A stretch of DNA of 63,593 nucleotides, filler included, from Licmophora abbreviata (Eukaryota), in NCBI GenBank assembly GCA_900291995.1. It is 17 parts of 17 records of this genome, joined end to end, with 100 filler letters (N's around TTAATTAATTAA, not from the genome) between each part and the next. Parts side by side here need not be neighbours in the genome. Positions count along the whole stretch, not along the records: positions 8,593 to 13,405 come from OLMU01004534.1; positions 13,506 to 20,360 come from OLMU01004536.1; 15 more parts are not named here. One strand, written 5' to 3'. Shown here one piece after another: positions 9,204 to 18,209 of the stretch. Position numbers and translations under genes: made by a program. Positions within the stretch are counted from its first letter, which is position 1. Every line of letters begins with the position of its first letter. The notes under the pieces are model-generated. The model ran no database searches. It worked only from the letters and a program-made list of their open reading frames with translations, and was not told the DNA's origin.

Positions 9204-11723
9204 CTATTTCTTGGCGGCGGCCTTTTTGCGGACGGGCGCTTTCTTGCCCTTGCCGCTTTTGGCGGATTTCTCGGCGATCAGCTGCAGGGCCATGTCGAGG
9301 GTGACATCCTGCGGCTCGGTGCCCTTGGGCAGGGTGGCGTTGATCTTTTCCCATTTCACATAGGGGCCATAGCGGCCGTCCATGATGTTGATGGCCCCGC
9401 CGCTTTCGGGATGTTCCCCCAATTCCTTGATCGGCTTGGCCGCGGTGCGGCCCTGTCCGCGCGAGGCGGCTTTCTTGGCCAACTCCTCGACGGCGCGGTT
9501 CATCCCGATGGTGAACACGTCATCGGGATCCTTGAGATTGGCGTAGAGCTTGCCATGCTTGACGAAGGGTCCATAGCGGCCGATCCCGGCCTCGACCATC
9601 TCGCCGTCTTCGGGGTGCGGCCCGATCTCGCGCGGGAGGTTCAGCAGCATCAGCGCCTTTTCCAGGTCCATGTCATCCGGGCTCCAGCCCTTTGGCAGGC
9701 TGGCGCGTGGCGGTTTCTTGTTCTCCTCGGTGACCTCACCGCGTTGCACATAGGGACCGAACCGGCCTGAGCGCAGCGAAATCTCGTCGCCCTGATCCTC
9801 GCCCAGAACCCGGTCGCCGCCTTCGGCGCCCTCCCCGCCGATGGGGCGCGTGAAACGGCATTCGGGATAACGCGAACAGCCGACGAAGCCGCCGGTGCGG
9901 GACGTTTTCAGATGCAGGCTGCCTTCGCCACAGAGCGGGCAGCTGCGCGGGTCGCTGCCATCCTCGCGCGGCGGATAGAGTTGCGGCGCCAAAGCCTCGT
10001 CCAGCACATCCAGCACCTCGGTGATGCGCAATTCCGACGTTTCCGAGATCGCCGTCGAGAAATCACGCCAAAACCGGTTAAGCACCTGTTTGTAGTCCAG
10101 ATCGCCGGCGCTGACCTTGTCCAGCTCGTCCTCGAGATTGGCGGTAAACTCATAGCCCACGTATTTGCGGAAAAAATTGAGCAGGAAGATCGTGACGATG
10201 CGGCCTTTGTCCTCGGGGATGAGGCGGTTCTTGTCCTTGCGGACATATTCGCGCTCCTGGATCGTGGTCACGATGCTCGCATAGGTCGAGGGGCGGCCGA
10301 TGCCCAGCTCTTCCATCTTCTTGACCAGCGTCGCTTCGGTATAGCGCGGCGGGGGCTGGGTGAAATGCTGCTCGGGCGTGACGCTGCGCTTTTCGGTCTT
10401 GTCGCCTTCGGTGATCTGCGGCAGGCGATTGTCGTCGTCATCCCCGGCCTGATCGTCGCGGCCTTCCTCGTAGATCTTGAGAAAACCATCGAACAGCACG
10501 ACCTGTCCGGTGGCGCGCAGGCCGACCTGACTATCCCGGCTGCCGATCTCGACGGTGGTGCGTTCGAGACGGGCACTTTCCATCTGACAGGCCAGCGTGC
10601 GCTTCCAGATCAGGTCATAGAGCTTGCGTTGATCGGCGTCGGTGGTCTTGATCGCCGAGGCATCGCGCGTCATCTCGGTGGGGCGGATGCATTCATGCGC
10701 TTCCTGCGCGTTCTTGGCCTTGTTCTTGTACATCCGGGGGCTCGAGGGCACGTATTCGGCGCCGTAAAGCTCCTTGATGGCGTCGCGGGCGGCGTGCACC
10801 GCCTCGGACGCCATGTCGATCCCGTCGGTCCGCATATAGGTGATGTAGCCGGCCTCATAAAGGCGCTGTGCGGCGCTCATGGTCTGGCGCGCGCCCATGC
10901 CGAACTTGCGGCTGGCTTCCTGCTGGAGGGTCGATGTCATGAAGGGCGGCGAGGGGTTGCGCGAGGCGGGCTTGGCCTCGACCGAGGTAACGGTCAGATC
11001 GCGCGAGGTGATCGCCTGCACGGCCATTTCGGCCTGGGTCGCGTTCTCGATATCGTAGCGGTCGAGCTTCTTGCCCGCCAGCGAAGTAAGCCGCGCCTCG
11101 AAATCCTGACCGCGCGGCGTGGTGAGCAGCGCCTTGACCGACCAGTATTCGCGGGCCTTGAAGGCCTCGATTTCCATTTCGCGCTCGACGATCAGGCGCA
11201 GGCAGACCGACTGCACACGCCCCGCCGATCTGGCGCCGGGCAGCTTGCGCCACAGAACTGGGCTGAGATTGAAGCCCACGAGGTAATCCAGAGCGCGGCG
11301 GGCGAGATAGGCCTCGACCAGATCGCCATCGATCTCGCGTGGGTTCTTCATGGCCTCGGTCACGGCGGTCTTGGTGATCGCGTTGAACACCACGCGGCTG
11401 ACGGCGGTGGTCTTGCCGATGGCCTTGCGTTTGCGCAGGGCTTCTTCGAGGTGCCAGCTGATCGCCTCGCCTTCGCGGTCGGGGTCGGTCGCGAGGATCA
11501 GTGTGTCGTCATCCTTGAGCGCGTCGGCGATGGCCTTGACATGCTTGCGGGAGTCGACGCCGATCTCCCATTTCATGTCGAAATCATGTTCGGGATCGAC
11601 CGAACCGTCCTTGGGAGGAAGATCGCGGACGTGACCGTAAGACGCCAGAACCGTGTAGTCGGATCCCAGATACTTGTTGATTGTCTTGGCCTTGGCCGGG
11701 GATTCGACGACAACGACTGGCAT
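9204..11723 (-). CDS. topA: DNA topoisomerase I (type IA)
   Basis: VVESPAKAKTI, LATDPDREGEAI, SAGRVQS, ITYMRTD catalytic Tyr, Zn ribbon, GRYGPY C-terminal repeats. Confidence 0.98.
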   Translation of the reverse strand: MPVVVVESPAKAKTINKYLGSDYTVLASYGHVRDLPPKDGSVDPEHDFDMKWEIGVDSRKHVKAIADALKDDDTLILATDPDREGEAISWHLEEALRKRKAIGKTTAVSRVVFNAITKTAVTEAMKNPREIDGDLVEAYLARRALDYLVGFNLSPVLWRKLPGARSAGRVQSVCLRLIVEREMEIEAFKAREYWSVKALLTTPRGQDFEARLTSLAGKKLDRYDIENATQAEMAVQAITSRDLTVTSVEAKPASRNPSPPFMTSTLQQEASRKFGMGARQTMSAAQRLYEAGYITYMRTDGIDMASEAVHAARDAIKELYGAEYVPSSPRMYKNKAKNAQEAHECIRPTEMTRDASAIKTTDADQRKLYDLIWKRTLACQMESARLERTTVEIGSRDSQVGLRATGQVVLFDGFLKIYEEGRDDQAGDDDDNRLPQITEGDKTEKRSVTPEQHFTQPPPRYTEATLVKKMEELGIGRPSTYASIVTTIQEREYVRKDKNRLIPEDKGRIVTIFLLNFFRKYVGYEFTANLEDELDKVSAGDLDYKQVLNRFWRDFSTAISETSELRITEVLDVLDEALAPQLYPPREDGSDPRSCPLCGEGSLHLKTSRTGGFVGCSRYPECRFTRPIGGEGAEGGDRVLGEDQGDEISLRSGRFGPYVQRGEVTEENKKPPRASLPKGWSPDDMDLEKALMLLNLPREIGPHPEDGEMVEAGIGRYGPFVKHGKLYANLKDPDDVFTIGMNRAVEELAKKAASRGQGRTAAKPIKELGEHPESGGAINIMDGRYGPYVKWEKINATLPKGTEPQDVTLDMALQLIAEKSAKSGKGKKAPVRKKAAAKK

Positions 11724-11766
11724 GAATACTCCTTGCGACTTGAGTCGGAACTTATGGCGGCGGACC

Positions 11767-11793
11767 ATGTGGGCTGGCAAGAGCATTTGTCAA
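11767..11793 (-). promoter_or_regulatory. Putative topA promoter (TTGACA...CCCACAT; RpoH- or RpoD-like)
   Basis: TTG-N17-CCCACAT on minus strand, about 45 bp upstream of the start codon. Confidence 0.35.
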
Positions 11794-11878
11794 TGCGCCC
11801 TGTCGGAGCAGGCTGACAGCGCCGGCATCGGACGGATCGAGGGACCGGGTGCCTTGACTGATGCGGGAGTTGGGGCTG

Positions 11879-13035
11879 TCAGACCAGTGACAGAAGGCCG
11901 CCGGGCTGGCGCCGGATGCGGCCATCAAGCTCGAGATCTGTGAGCGCGGGCGTGACCTGACCGGCAGGCGCGCCGAGATCGCGGATCAGCTGATCTTCGG
12001 CGAGCGGCGAGGGGCCGAGGCGCGACAGGATCCGGCTGTGCAGGGCCGCGATGTCCTGCAGGCTGCGGCGGTCCGGCGGGGGTAGCGGCGGTTGTGTTTC
12101 CCCCTGATGTTGCAGGGGTTTATCGGGGGTTTGGGCCGCGGGCAGGATGTCGATCACGTCGTCGGCCTTGCGCACGAGGGTGGCGCCGTCGCGGATCAGC
12201 ATGTTGCACCCGGCGGCGCGGGCATCGAAGGGATGGCCCGGCACGGCAAGCACCTCCCGCCCCTGATCCAGAGCGCTGCGCGCGGTGATGAGAGAGCCGG
12301 ATTTGGCTGCCGCCTCGACCACGATGATGGCTTGGGCAATTCCGCTTATGATCCTGTTTCGCCTTGGAAAATGCCGCGCCTGAGGGATCAGGCCCATGGG
12401 TTGTTCGGACAGGCGTAGCCCTGATCTGGTGATGTCGTCGGCCAGTCGGGCATTTTCAGCGGGATAAGGAACATCGACGCCGCCCGCCATGATTGCGACC
12501 GTCCCCGTCTCGAGGCTGGCCAGATGCGCGGCGGTGTCGATCCCGCGGGCGAGGCCCGAGGCGATGACATGCCCGTGCGCGCCCAGATCGGCGGCAAGCG
12601 CGCGCGCCATACGCAGCCCCAAAGCGAGGCATTGCGCGCGCCCACAAGGGCCAGCATCGGCGCGGGACGGGTCAGGACTGCCGGATCGCCCACCGCCCAA
12701 AGGACCGGGGGCGCGTCGGAAATCTGTTGCAGCAAAAGGGGATAGTCGGGATCGCCGAGGCAGATCATCCGGGCGTTTGCGGCACGGGCGGCCTTGAGTT
12801 CGGCCCGTACGACGCCTTCGGGGCAGGGGCTGTAATCCGCAACCCCGGCGGCGGCGGCGACATCGGGCAGGGCGACAAGCGCCGCCTGCGCCGAGCCGTG
12901 TTCGGCCAGAAGCCGGTAAAAGGTGGAGGGACCGACCCGTCTGGAGCGCAAGAGGCGAAGCCACGATACCCGATCATCTTCCGTGGTGGGTGGGAGTGGG
13001 GGGTGAGTGGAAGAAGGATGGGTATCCTCGGACAT
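11879..13035 (-). pseudogene. dprA: DNA-processing protein DprA with a single-base frameshift near 12625 (possibly a sequencing error)
   Basis: Frame of ORF 12388-13035 gives WLRLLRSRRVGP...ALVGARNAS; frame of ORF 11879-12964 continues LGLRMARAL..SGLARGIDTAAH..FPRRNRIISG..VVEAAAKSGSLITA. Confidence 0.9.
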
Positions 13036-13076
13036 CGCGGCCTCGCCAACTTGCCTGACCGTTATCGGCGAGGTTG

Positions 13077-13092
13077 GTTAACGACGGGTAAA
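13077..13092 (-). promoter_or_regulatory. Putative CtrA binding site upstream of dprA
   Basis: TTTA-CCCGTCG-TTAAC on minus strand; one mismatch to TTAA-N7-TTAAC. Confidence 0.6.
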
Positions 13093-13184
13093 CTCGGGAG
13101 GGGTGAGTCGCGCATTTTTCCGAAAAATCCGCCAAGTCACTGATCTGGATAGTTAATTATTTTGGCCGCGCTGTTTGCCTGCCT

Positions 13185-13228
13185 GTCGGTATCGCGTCGG
13201 TATGACGTCGGTATCGCGTCGGTGCGGA
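13185..13228. repeat. 11-bp-period tandem repeat element, copy 1
   Basis: GTCGGTATCGC-GTCGGTATGAC-GTCGGTATCGC-GTCGGTGCGGA; 13191-13227 identical to 58030-58066. Confidence 0.9.
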
Positions 13229-13324
13229 TGTCGGCAGGGGCAGGCAGGGGCCCAATCGTGACCAGAGCGCGCGTTGCGTGGGCCAAGATGTGCCCGAATG
13301 ACTGGCGCGAGACGCCTGCCAGAC

Positions 13325-13352
13325 GCGCAAGCCCGTTCGAACGGGCTTGCGC
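13325..13352. repeat. Perfect 28-bp palindrome with TTCGAA centre (REP-like)
   Basis: GCGCAAGCCCGTTCGAACGGGCTTGCGC. Confidence 0.85.
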
Positions 13353-13505
13353 TCCTGCGCTGCGGGCCGAGCGAGCGGTCAGCCTGCCGCCGACCCGCCC
13401 ACTGTNNNNNNNNNNNNNNNNNNNNNNNNNNNNNNNNNNNNNNNNNNNNTTAATTAATTAANNNNNNNNNNNNNNNNNNNNNNNNNNNNNNNNNNNNNNN
13501 NNNNN

Positions 13506-13748
13506 GGAGATATCCGAGGAATGTGCATAGCCCGACACCTCGCCGCGCACGGCGCGCAGGCCAAAGCCTTGTGCGGCATCGAAAGACGCCGTCTTGACGC
13601 GGCCATCATCGAAGACCAGCGCCTCGGAGTGGCGCCGCTCGAGGAACAGCTCGCCGTCATCGGCGCCGGCGGTCGCTTCCTGCAGGCGGCGCAGGGCGGT
13701 ATCGCGGTCCAGAAGCGTGTCGAAGGGGCGAAAGGCGGTATCGGTCAT
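13506..13748 (-). CDS. tldD: Metalloprotease TldD, 5' part (rest in gap)
   Basis: GADDGELFLERRHSEALVFDDG...GFGLRAVRGEVSGYAHS; usual position divergent from coxB and upstream of dprA. Confidence 0.88.
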
Positions 13749-13791
13749 GCGGATCATCCTGTATGAGGCAGCGGTCATGCGGCGACTTTAT

Positions 13792-13805
13792 TTGATCTGA
13801 ATCAA
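13792..13805. promoter_or_regulatory. FNR/FnrL box between tldD and coxB
   Basis: Exact consensus TTGAT-CTGA-ATCAA. Confidence 0.85.
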
Positions 13806-13950
13806 AAAAGCGTCTGTTTGCCGCAACGGTCTTTCTTGTCGTCTGTGGCAGAATATGGTTTCTAGCGTCGACGAAACAACGGGATTCCGCGGTATGCGGT
13901 TTTTCGACGGGAACAAAACAACTACCGCTTCAACCGATCTAAGGTGCAAT

Positions 13951-14793
13951 ATGCGACGATTCCTCAGCCTTCTGGCAGCTTTGGCCGCCGTCTCCGCCAT
14001 GCCCGCGCGCGCGCAGGACGGGCTTGAAATTATCGGTGCTCCCAAACCGGGCGGCATCGGCTTTCAGCCAGCCGCCACGGAGCTGGCGCGCGATCTGCAG
14101 TGGCTGGACGGCATGATCCTGGTGATCATCACCATCATCACGATCTTCGTCTGTGCGCTGCTGGTGATCGTCATGGTGCGCTACAACCGCAAGGCCAACC
14201 CGACCCCGGCCACCTTCACGCACAACTCGCCGATTGAAATCGCGTGGACGGTGGTGCCGATCGTGATCCTTGTGTTCATCGGGGCGTTTTCGCTGCCGGT
14301 GCTGTTCAAGCAACAGGAAATTCCCGAGGCGGACATCAATATCAAGGTGACCGGCTACCAGTGGTACTGGGGCTATGAATATACCGATCACGAGTTCGCC
14401 TTCGACAGCTTCATGCTGGCGCGCGACGAGCTTGAGGAATACGGCTACAGCCAAGATGAATACCTGCTGGCCACCAACACCGCCGTGGTCGTGCCCGTGG
14501 GCAAGACCGTCGTGATGCAGGTGACCGCCGCCGACGTGATCCACAGCTGGACGATCCCCGCCTTCGGCGTGAAGCAGGACGCGGTGCCGGGCCGTCTGGC
14601 GGAACTGTGGTTCAACGCCGAGAAGGAAGGCATCTATTTCGGTCAGTGCAGCGAATTGTGCGGCAAGGACCACGCCTATATGCCGATCACCGTCAAGGTC
14701 GTGAGCGAGGAAGCCTATGAGATGTGGCTGAACGGCGCGATCGAGGAATATGCCGGTACGCCGCGCGACCTGAAGGTGGCTTCGGCCCAGTGA
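13951..14793 (+). CDS. coxB: aa3-type cytochrome c oxidase subunit II
   Basis: Signal peptide, 2 [16 protein letters not shown], CuA motif [14 protein letters not shown]. Confidence 0.97.
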   Translation: MRRFLSLLAALAAVSAMPARAQDGLEIIGAPKPGGIGFQPAATELARDLQWLDGMILVIITIITIFVCALLVIVMVRYNRKANPTPATFTHNSPIEIAWTVVPIVILVFIGAFSLPVLFKQQEIPEADINIKVTGYQWYWGYEYTDHEFAFDSFMLARDELEEYGYSQDEYLLATNTAVVVPVGKTVVMQVTAADVIHSWTIPAFGVKQDAVPGRLAELWFNAEKEGIYFGQCSELCGKDHAYMPITVKVVSEEAYEMWLNGAIEEYAGTPRDLKVASAQ

Positions 14794-14884
14794 TCGACCT
14801 GTGACACTTGCGGTGGGCGCGGTGACCGTGCCCGCCCACCCCCTGCGACGGGTGCCCGCCAGCGCACCGCAGACGGAGACGTGA

Positions 14885-15826
14885 ATGACCGACGCGAGCC
14901 TCAATACAGCATCGACCCAGACCGGCGAAGCGGGTTTCGGCGATTACTTCGCCCTGCTCAAGCCGCGGGTGATGACGCTTGTGGTGTTCACCGCGCTGGT
15001 GGGCCTGCTGGCGGCGCCGGTGTCGGTGCATCCGGTGGTGGGTTTTGCCGCGATCCTGTTCATCGCCGTGGGCGGTGGTGCGTCGGGCGCGCTCAACATG
15101 TGGTGGGATGCCGATATCGACGCGGTGATGAAGCGCACCGCGCGACGGCCGATCCCGTCTGGCAAGGTCACCGGGGACGAGGCCTTTGCCATTGGCATGA
15201 CGCTGTCGGCCTTTGCGGTGGTGTTTCTGGCGCTGGCCACCAATTGGGTGGCGGCGGGGCTGCTGGCCTTTACCATCTTCTTCTATGTCGTGATCTATTC
15301 CATGTGGCTCAAGCGGTGGACGCCGCAGAATATCGTGATCGGCGGGGCGGCAGGGGCTTTTCCTCCGATGATCGGCTGGGCCGCTGCGACCGGAACGGTC
15401 AGCATCGAATCGGTGCTGATGTTCGCGCTGATCTTCATGTGGACGCCGCCGCATTTCTGGGCGCTGGCGCTGTTCATGCGCTCGGATTACGACGAGGCCG
15501 GGGTGCCGATGCTGACCGTGACGCATGGTCGCCGCGCCACCCGCGTGCATATCCTTGTCTACACGATCCTGCTGGCGGCGCTGGCCATCGGCACAGGGTT
15601 CACTGCCGTGGGCGGGCCGATTTATCTGGCGGTCGCGGTGGTGCTGAACGTGATGTTCCTGATCGGTGCGGTGCGAATCTGGCGGCGCGACGAGGTGATG
15701 GCCGAGGCTGACAATTACGCCGTCGAAAAGAAGGTGTTCCGCCTGTCGCTCTATTATCTCTTTGCGCATTTCGGGGCGATCGCGCTCGAGGCGGGGCTGG
15801 CGCCTTTCGGCTTCGGGGGCTGGTGA
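14885..15826 (+). CDS. ctaB: Protoheme IX farnesyltransferase (heme o synthase)
   Basis: [37 protein letters not shown]. Confidence 0.96.
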   Translation: MTDASLNTASTQTGEAGFGDYFALLKPRVMTLVVFTALVGLLAAPVSVHPVVGFAAILFIAVGGGASGALNMWWDADIDAVMKRTARRPIPSGKVTGDEAFAIGMTLSAFAVVFLALATNWVAAGLLAFTIFFYVVIYSMWLKRWTPQNIVIGGAAGAFPPMIGWAAATGTVSIESVLMFALIFMWTPPHFWALALFMRSDYDEAGVPMLTVTHGRRATRVHILVYTILLAALAIGTGFTAVGGPIYLAVAVVLNVMFLIGAVRIWRRDEVMAEADNYAVEKKVFRLSLYYLFAHFGAIALEAGLAPFGFGGW

Positions 15827-15993
15827 TGAGCTTTCGGCAGGAACACGAACTGCACAAGCGCCGTTTCGGCCGGAACCTTGGCCTTGGGGTCATTCTGGCG
15901 GGGCTGGTCGCTTTGGTGTTCGGGCTGACCGTGGTCAAGGTCAGCAATGACGATTTCTCGGTGGAAACGCAGGTGAGCGGAGGACAGAACTGA
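15826..15993 (+). CDS. Small single-TM cytochrome c oxidase assembly protein, CoxF-like (55 aa)
   Basis: Hand translation [39 protein letters not shown]...; TGATG overlaps with both neighbours. Confidence 0.8.
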   Translation: MSFRQEHELHKRRFGRNLGLGVILAGLVALVFGLTVVKVSNDDFSVETQVSGGQN

Positions 15994-16574
15994 TGGCGTT
16001 GAGCGGTAAATCACGGACTGTTTTGCAATTGGTCGGCGTGGTCGTCTTCATGGGCGGTCTGGGCTGGGCGTCGGTGCCGCTTTACGACTGGTTCTGCCGC
16101 GTGACCGGCTATGGCGGCTCGACCAATGTATCGGCCACCGGATCGGACGAAATCCTTGACCGGACCATCAAGGTCCGCTTCGACGCCAGCAAGGAGCGCG
16201 ATTTCCCGTGGGAATTCCGCCCTATGCAGCGCGAGATGGAGGTGCGGATCGGCGAGACGGGTCTGGCCTTCTATGAGGCGTACAACCCGACCGACAAGCC
16301 GATTGCGGGCCAGTCGAGCTATAACGTGACGCCGTTCGAGGCGGGGCTGTTCTTTACCAAGATCGATTGCTTCTGCTTTCAGGAGCAGGTCTTGCAGCCC
16401 GGCGAACGTGTCGAGATGCCGGTCACCTTCTTCGTCGATCCCGATCTGGTCAATGATCGCGACGCCAAGCTGACCCATACCATTACCCTGTCCTATACGT
16501 TCTATCAGATCGACATGCCCGAAGAGCATGCGGCGGTTGAAACGGACAGCGAAACCACCAACAAACAGAACTAA
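15993..16574 (+). CDS. ctaG: Cytochrome c oxidase assembly protein CtaG/Cox11
   Basis: [15 protein letters not shown] and KIDCFCF motifs. Confidence 0.96.
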   Translation: MALSGKSRTVLQLVGVVVFMGGLGWASVPLYDWFCRVTGYGGSTNVSATGSDEILDRTIKVRFDASKERDFPWEFRPMQREMEVRIGETGLAFYEAYNPTDKPIAGQSSYNVTPFEAGLFFTKIDCFCFQEQVLQPGERVEMPVTFFVDPDLVNDRDAKLTHTITLSYTFYQIDMPEEHAAVETDSETTNKQN

Positions 16575-16599
16575 GCCTTCACGAGGGATTGCGACCAAG

Positions 16600-17412
16600 A
16601 TGGCACACGAAAAGAACCACGATTACCACATTCTGAACCCCTCAATCTGGCCGTTCCTCGGCTCATTGGCAGGGTTCGTCATGCTGTTCGGCGCCGTGCT
16701 GTGGATGTCGCCGCAGGTGTCCAACAACCAGCCTTGGGTCTTCCTGATCGGCTTTGTCGGCGTGCTTTACGTCATGTTCGGCTGGTGGTCGGACACAGTG
16801 GCCGAGAATCAGGCCGGCGATCACACCCCGGTCGTGCGGATCGGCCTGCGCTATGGCTTCATCATGTTCATCATGTCCGAAGTCATGTTCTTCGCGGCAT
16901 GGTTCTGGAGCTTTTTCAAGCACGCCATGTATCCGATGGGCCCCGAAAGCCCGGCGGTCGACGGTCAGTGGCCCCCCGCGGGCATCGAGACATTCGATCC
17001 CTGGCACCTGCCGCTGATCAACACGTTGATCCTGCTGTGCTCGGGCGCGGCGGCGACATGGGCGCATCACGCGCTGGTCCATGAGAACAACCGCAAGGAC
17101 ATCAAGCAGGGTCTGGCCATCGCCATCGCGCTTGGCTTCATCTTCACCCTGTTCCAGATCTATGAATATACCCATGCGAGCTTCGGCTTTGCGGGGAACA
17201 TCTATGGCGCCAACTTCTTCATGGCGACAGGGTTCCACGGTGCGCATGTGGTGATCGGCACGATCTTCCTGTTCGTCTGCCTGATGCGGACGTTGCGCGG
17301 CCATTTCACCCCCGAAAACCATATCGGGTTCGAGGCGGCTGCGTGGTACTGGCATTTCGTGGACGTGGTGTGGCTGTTCCTGTTTGCCGCAATCTATGTC
17401 TGGGGCGCCTGA
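16600..17412 (+). CDS. coxC: Cytochrome c oxidase subunit III
   Basis: [38 protein letters not shown]. Confidence 0.97.
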   Translation: MAHEKNHDYHILNPSIWPFLGSLAGFVMLFGAVLWMSPQVSNNQPWVFLIGFVGVLYVMFGWWSDTVAENQAGDHTPVVRIGLRYGFIMFIMSEVMFFAAWFWSFFKHAMYPMGPESPAVDGQWPPAGIETFDPWHLPLINTLILLCSGAAATWAHHALVHENNRKDIKQGLAIAIALGFIFTLFQIYEYTHASFGFAGNIYGANFFMATGFHGAHVVIGTIFLFVCLMRTLRGHFTPENHIGFEAAAWYWHFVDVVWLFLFAAIYVWGA

Positions 17413-17477
17413 CCGGGCGAAACGCATGAGACATGCGCGGGGGCGGTTGCAATTTCGCCCCCAAGACGCAAGAAAGC

Positions 17478-17510
17478 AAAGCGCGCGGGCTATCGCGCGC
17501 TTTTCCTTTT
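17478..17510 (+). terminator. Terminator-like hairpin after coxC
   Basis: AAAGCGCGCG-ggctat-CGCGCGCTTT followed by TCCTTTT. Confidence 0.6.
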
Positions 17511-17525
17511 GAACGGAGCCAAGGC

Positions 17526-18209
17526 TTGGCACGACTTCTCTTCATCCTGATCTTCGGCGGAACCGGCATCGCCATTCTGGTCAGTCTGGGCACCTGGCAG
17601 ATGGAGCGCCTGGCCTGGAAGGAAGCGATTCTGGCCGAGATCGAAACCATGATCGCCGACGATCCCGTGGACCTGCCGGCGTCTCCCGATCCCGAGACAG
17701 ACAAGTATCTGCCGGTGCGAGCCAATGGCGAGATCGGCGACCGCGCCTTGCGGGTGCTGGTGAGCCAAAAGCAGATCGGCGCAGGCTACAGAGTGATTTC
17801 GGCGCTCGACACGGGCGAGCGGCGGGTTCTGCTTGATCGGGGCTTCGTCCGGGTGAGCGAGGATATTCCCGCCCCGCCCAAGGGCGCGGTGACGATCACT
17901 GGCAACCTGCATTGGCCCGATGACCGCAACGATTCGACGCCTGAAAACGATGTGGCGGACAACACATGGTTCGCCCGCGATCTGGATCAGATGGCGCAAG
18001 AGCTGGGCACCGAACCGCTTCTGGTGGTGGCGCGCGAGACGTCGTTTTCCGACGCTCCGGTGACGCCGCTGCCGGTGGACACGGCCAGCATTCCGAACGA
18101 TCACTTCGAATACGCGATGACATGGTTCTCGCTGGCCGCGATCTGGGCCGCGATGACCGGTTACTTTCTTTGGCGCACGCGCAAGACAGCGAAAGGCGAC
18201 ATGGCATGA
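17526..18209 (+). CDS. surf1: SURF1-family protein
   Basis: LGTWQMERLAWK, LLDRGFV, NDHFEYAMTWFSLA; probable TTG start after GGAG. Confidence 0.92.
   Translation: MARLLFILIFGGTGIAILVSLGTWQMERLAWKEAILAEIETMIADDPVDLPASPDPETDKYLPVRANGEIGDRALRVLVSQKQIGAGYRVISALDTGERRVLLDRGFVRVSEDIPAPPKGAVTITGNLHWPDDRNDSTPENDVADNTWFARDLDQMAQELGTEPLLVVARETSFSDAPVTPLPVDTASIPNDHFEYAMTWFSLAAIWAAMTGYFLWRTRKTAKGDMA

Noticed and set aside
9912..11816. 634-aa ORF antisense to topA (likewise 32379-34802, 46073-48283, 53855-56179 and others)
   Set aside because: Shadow ORFs of high-GC coding strands; no recognisable motifs and fully overlapping clear genes
13185..13228. 11-bp repeats as a CRISPR array
   Set aside because: No spacers, unit too short, no cas genes
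13951..17412. Cytochrome c oxidase subunit I missing from the cox operon
   Set aside because: ctaD is normally encoded separately in Rhodobacteraceae
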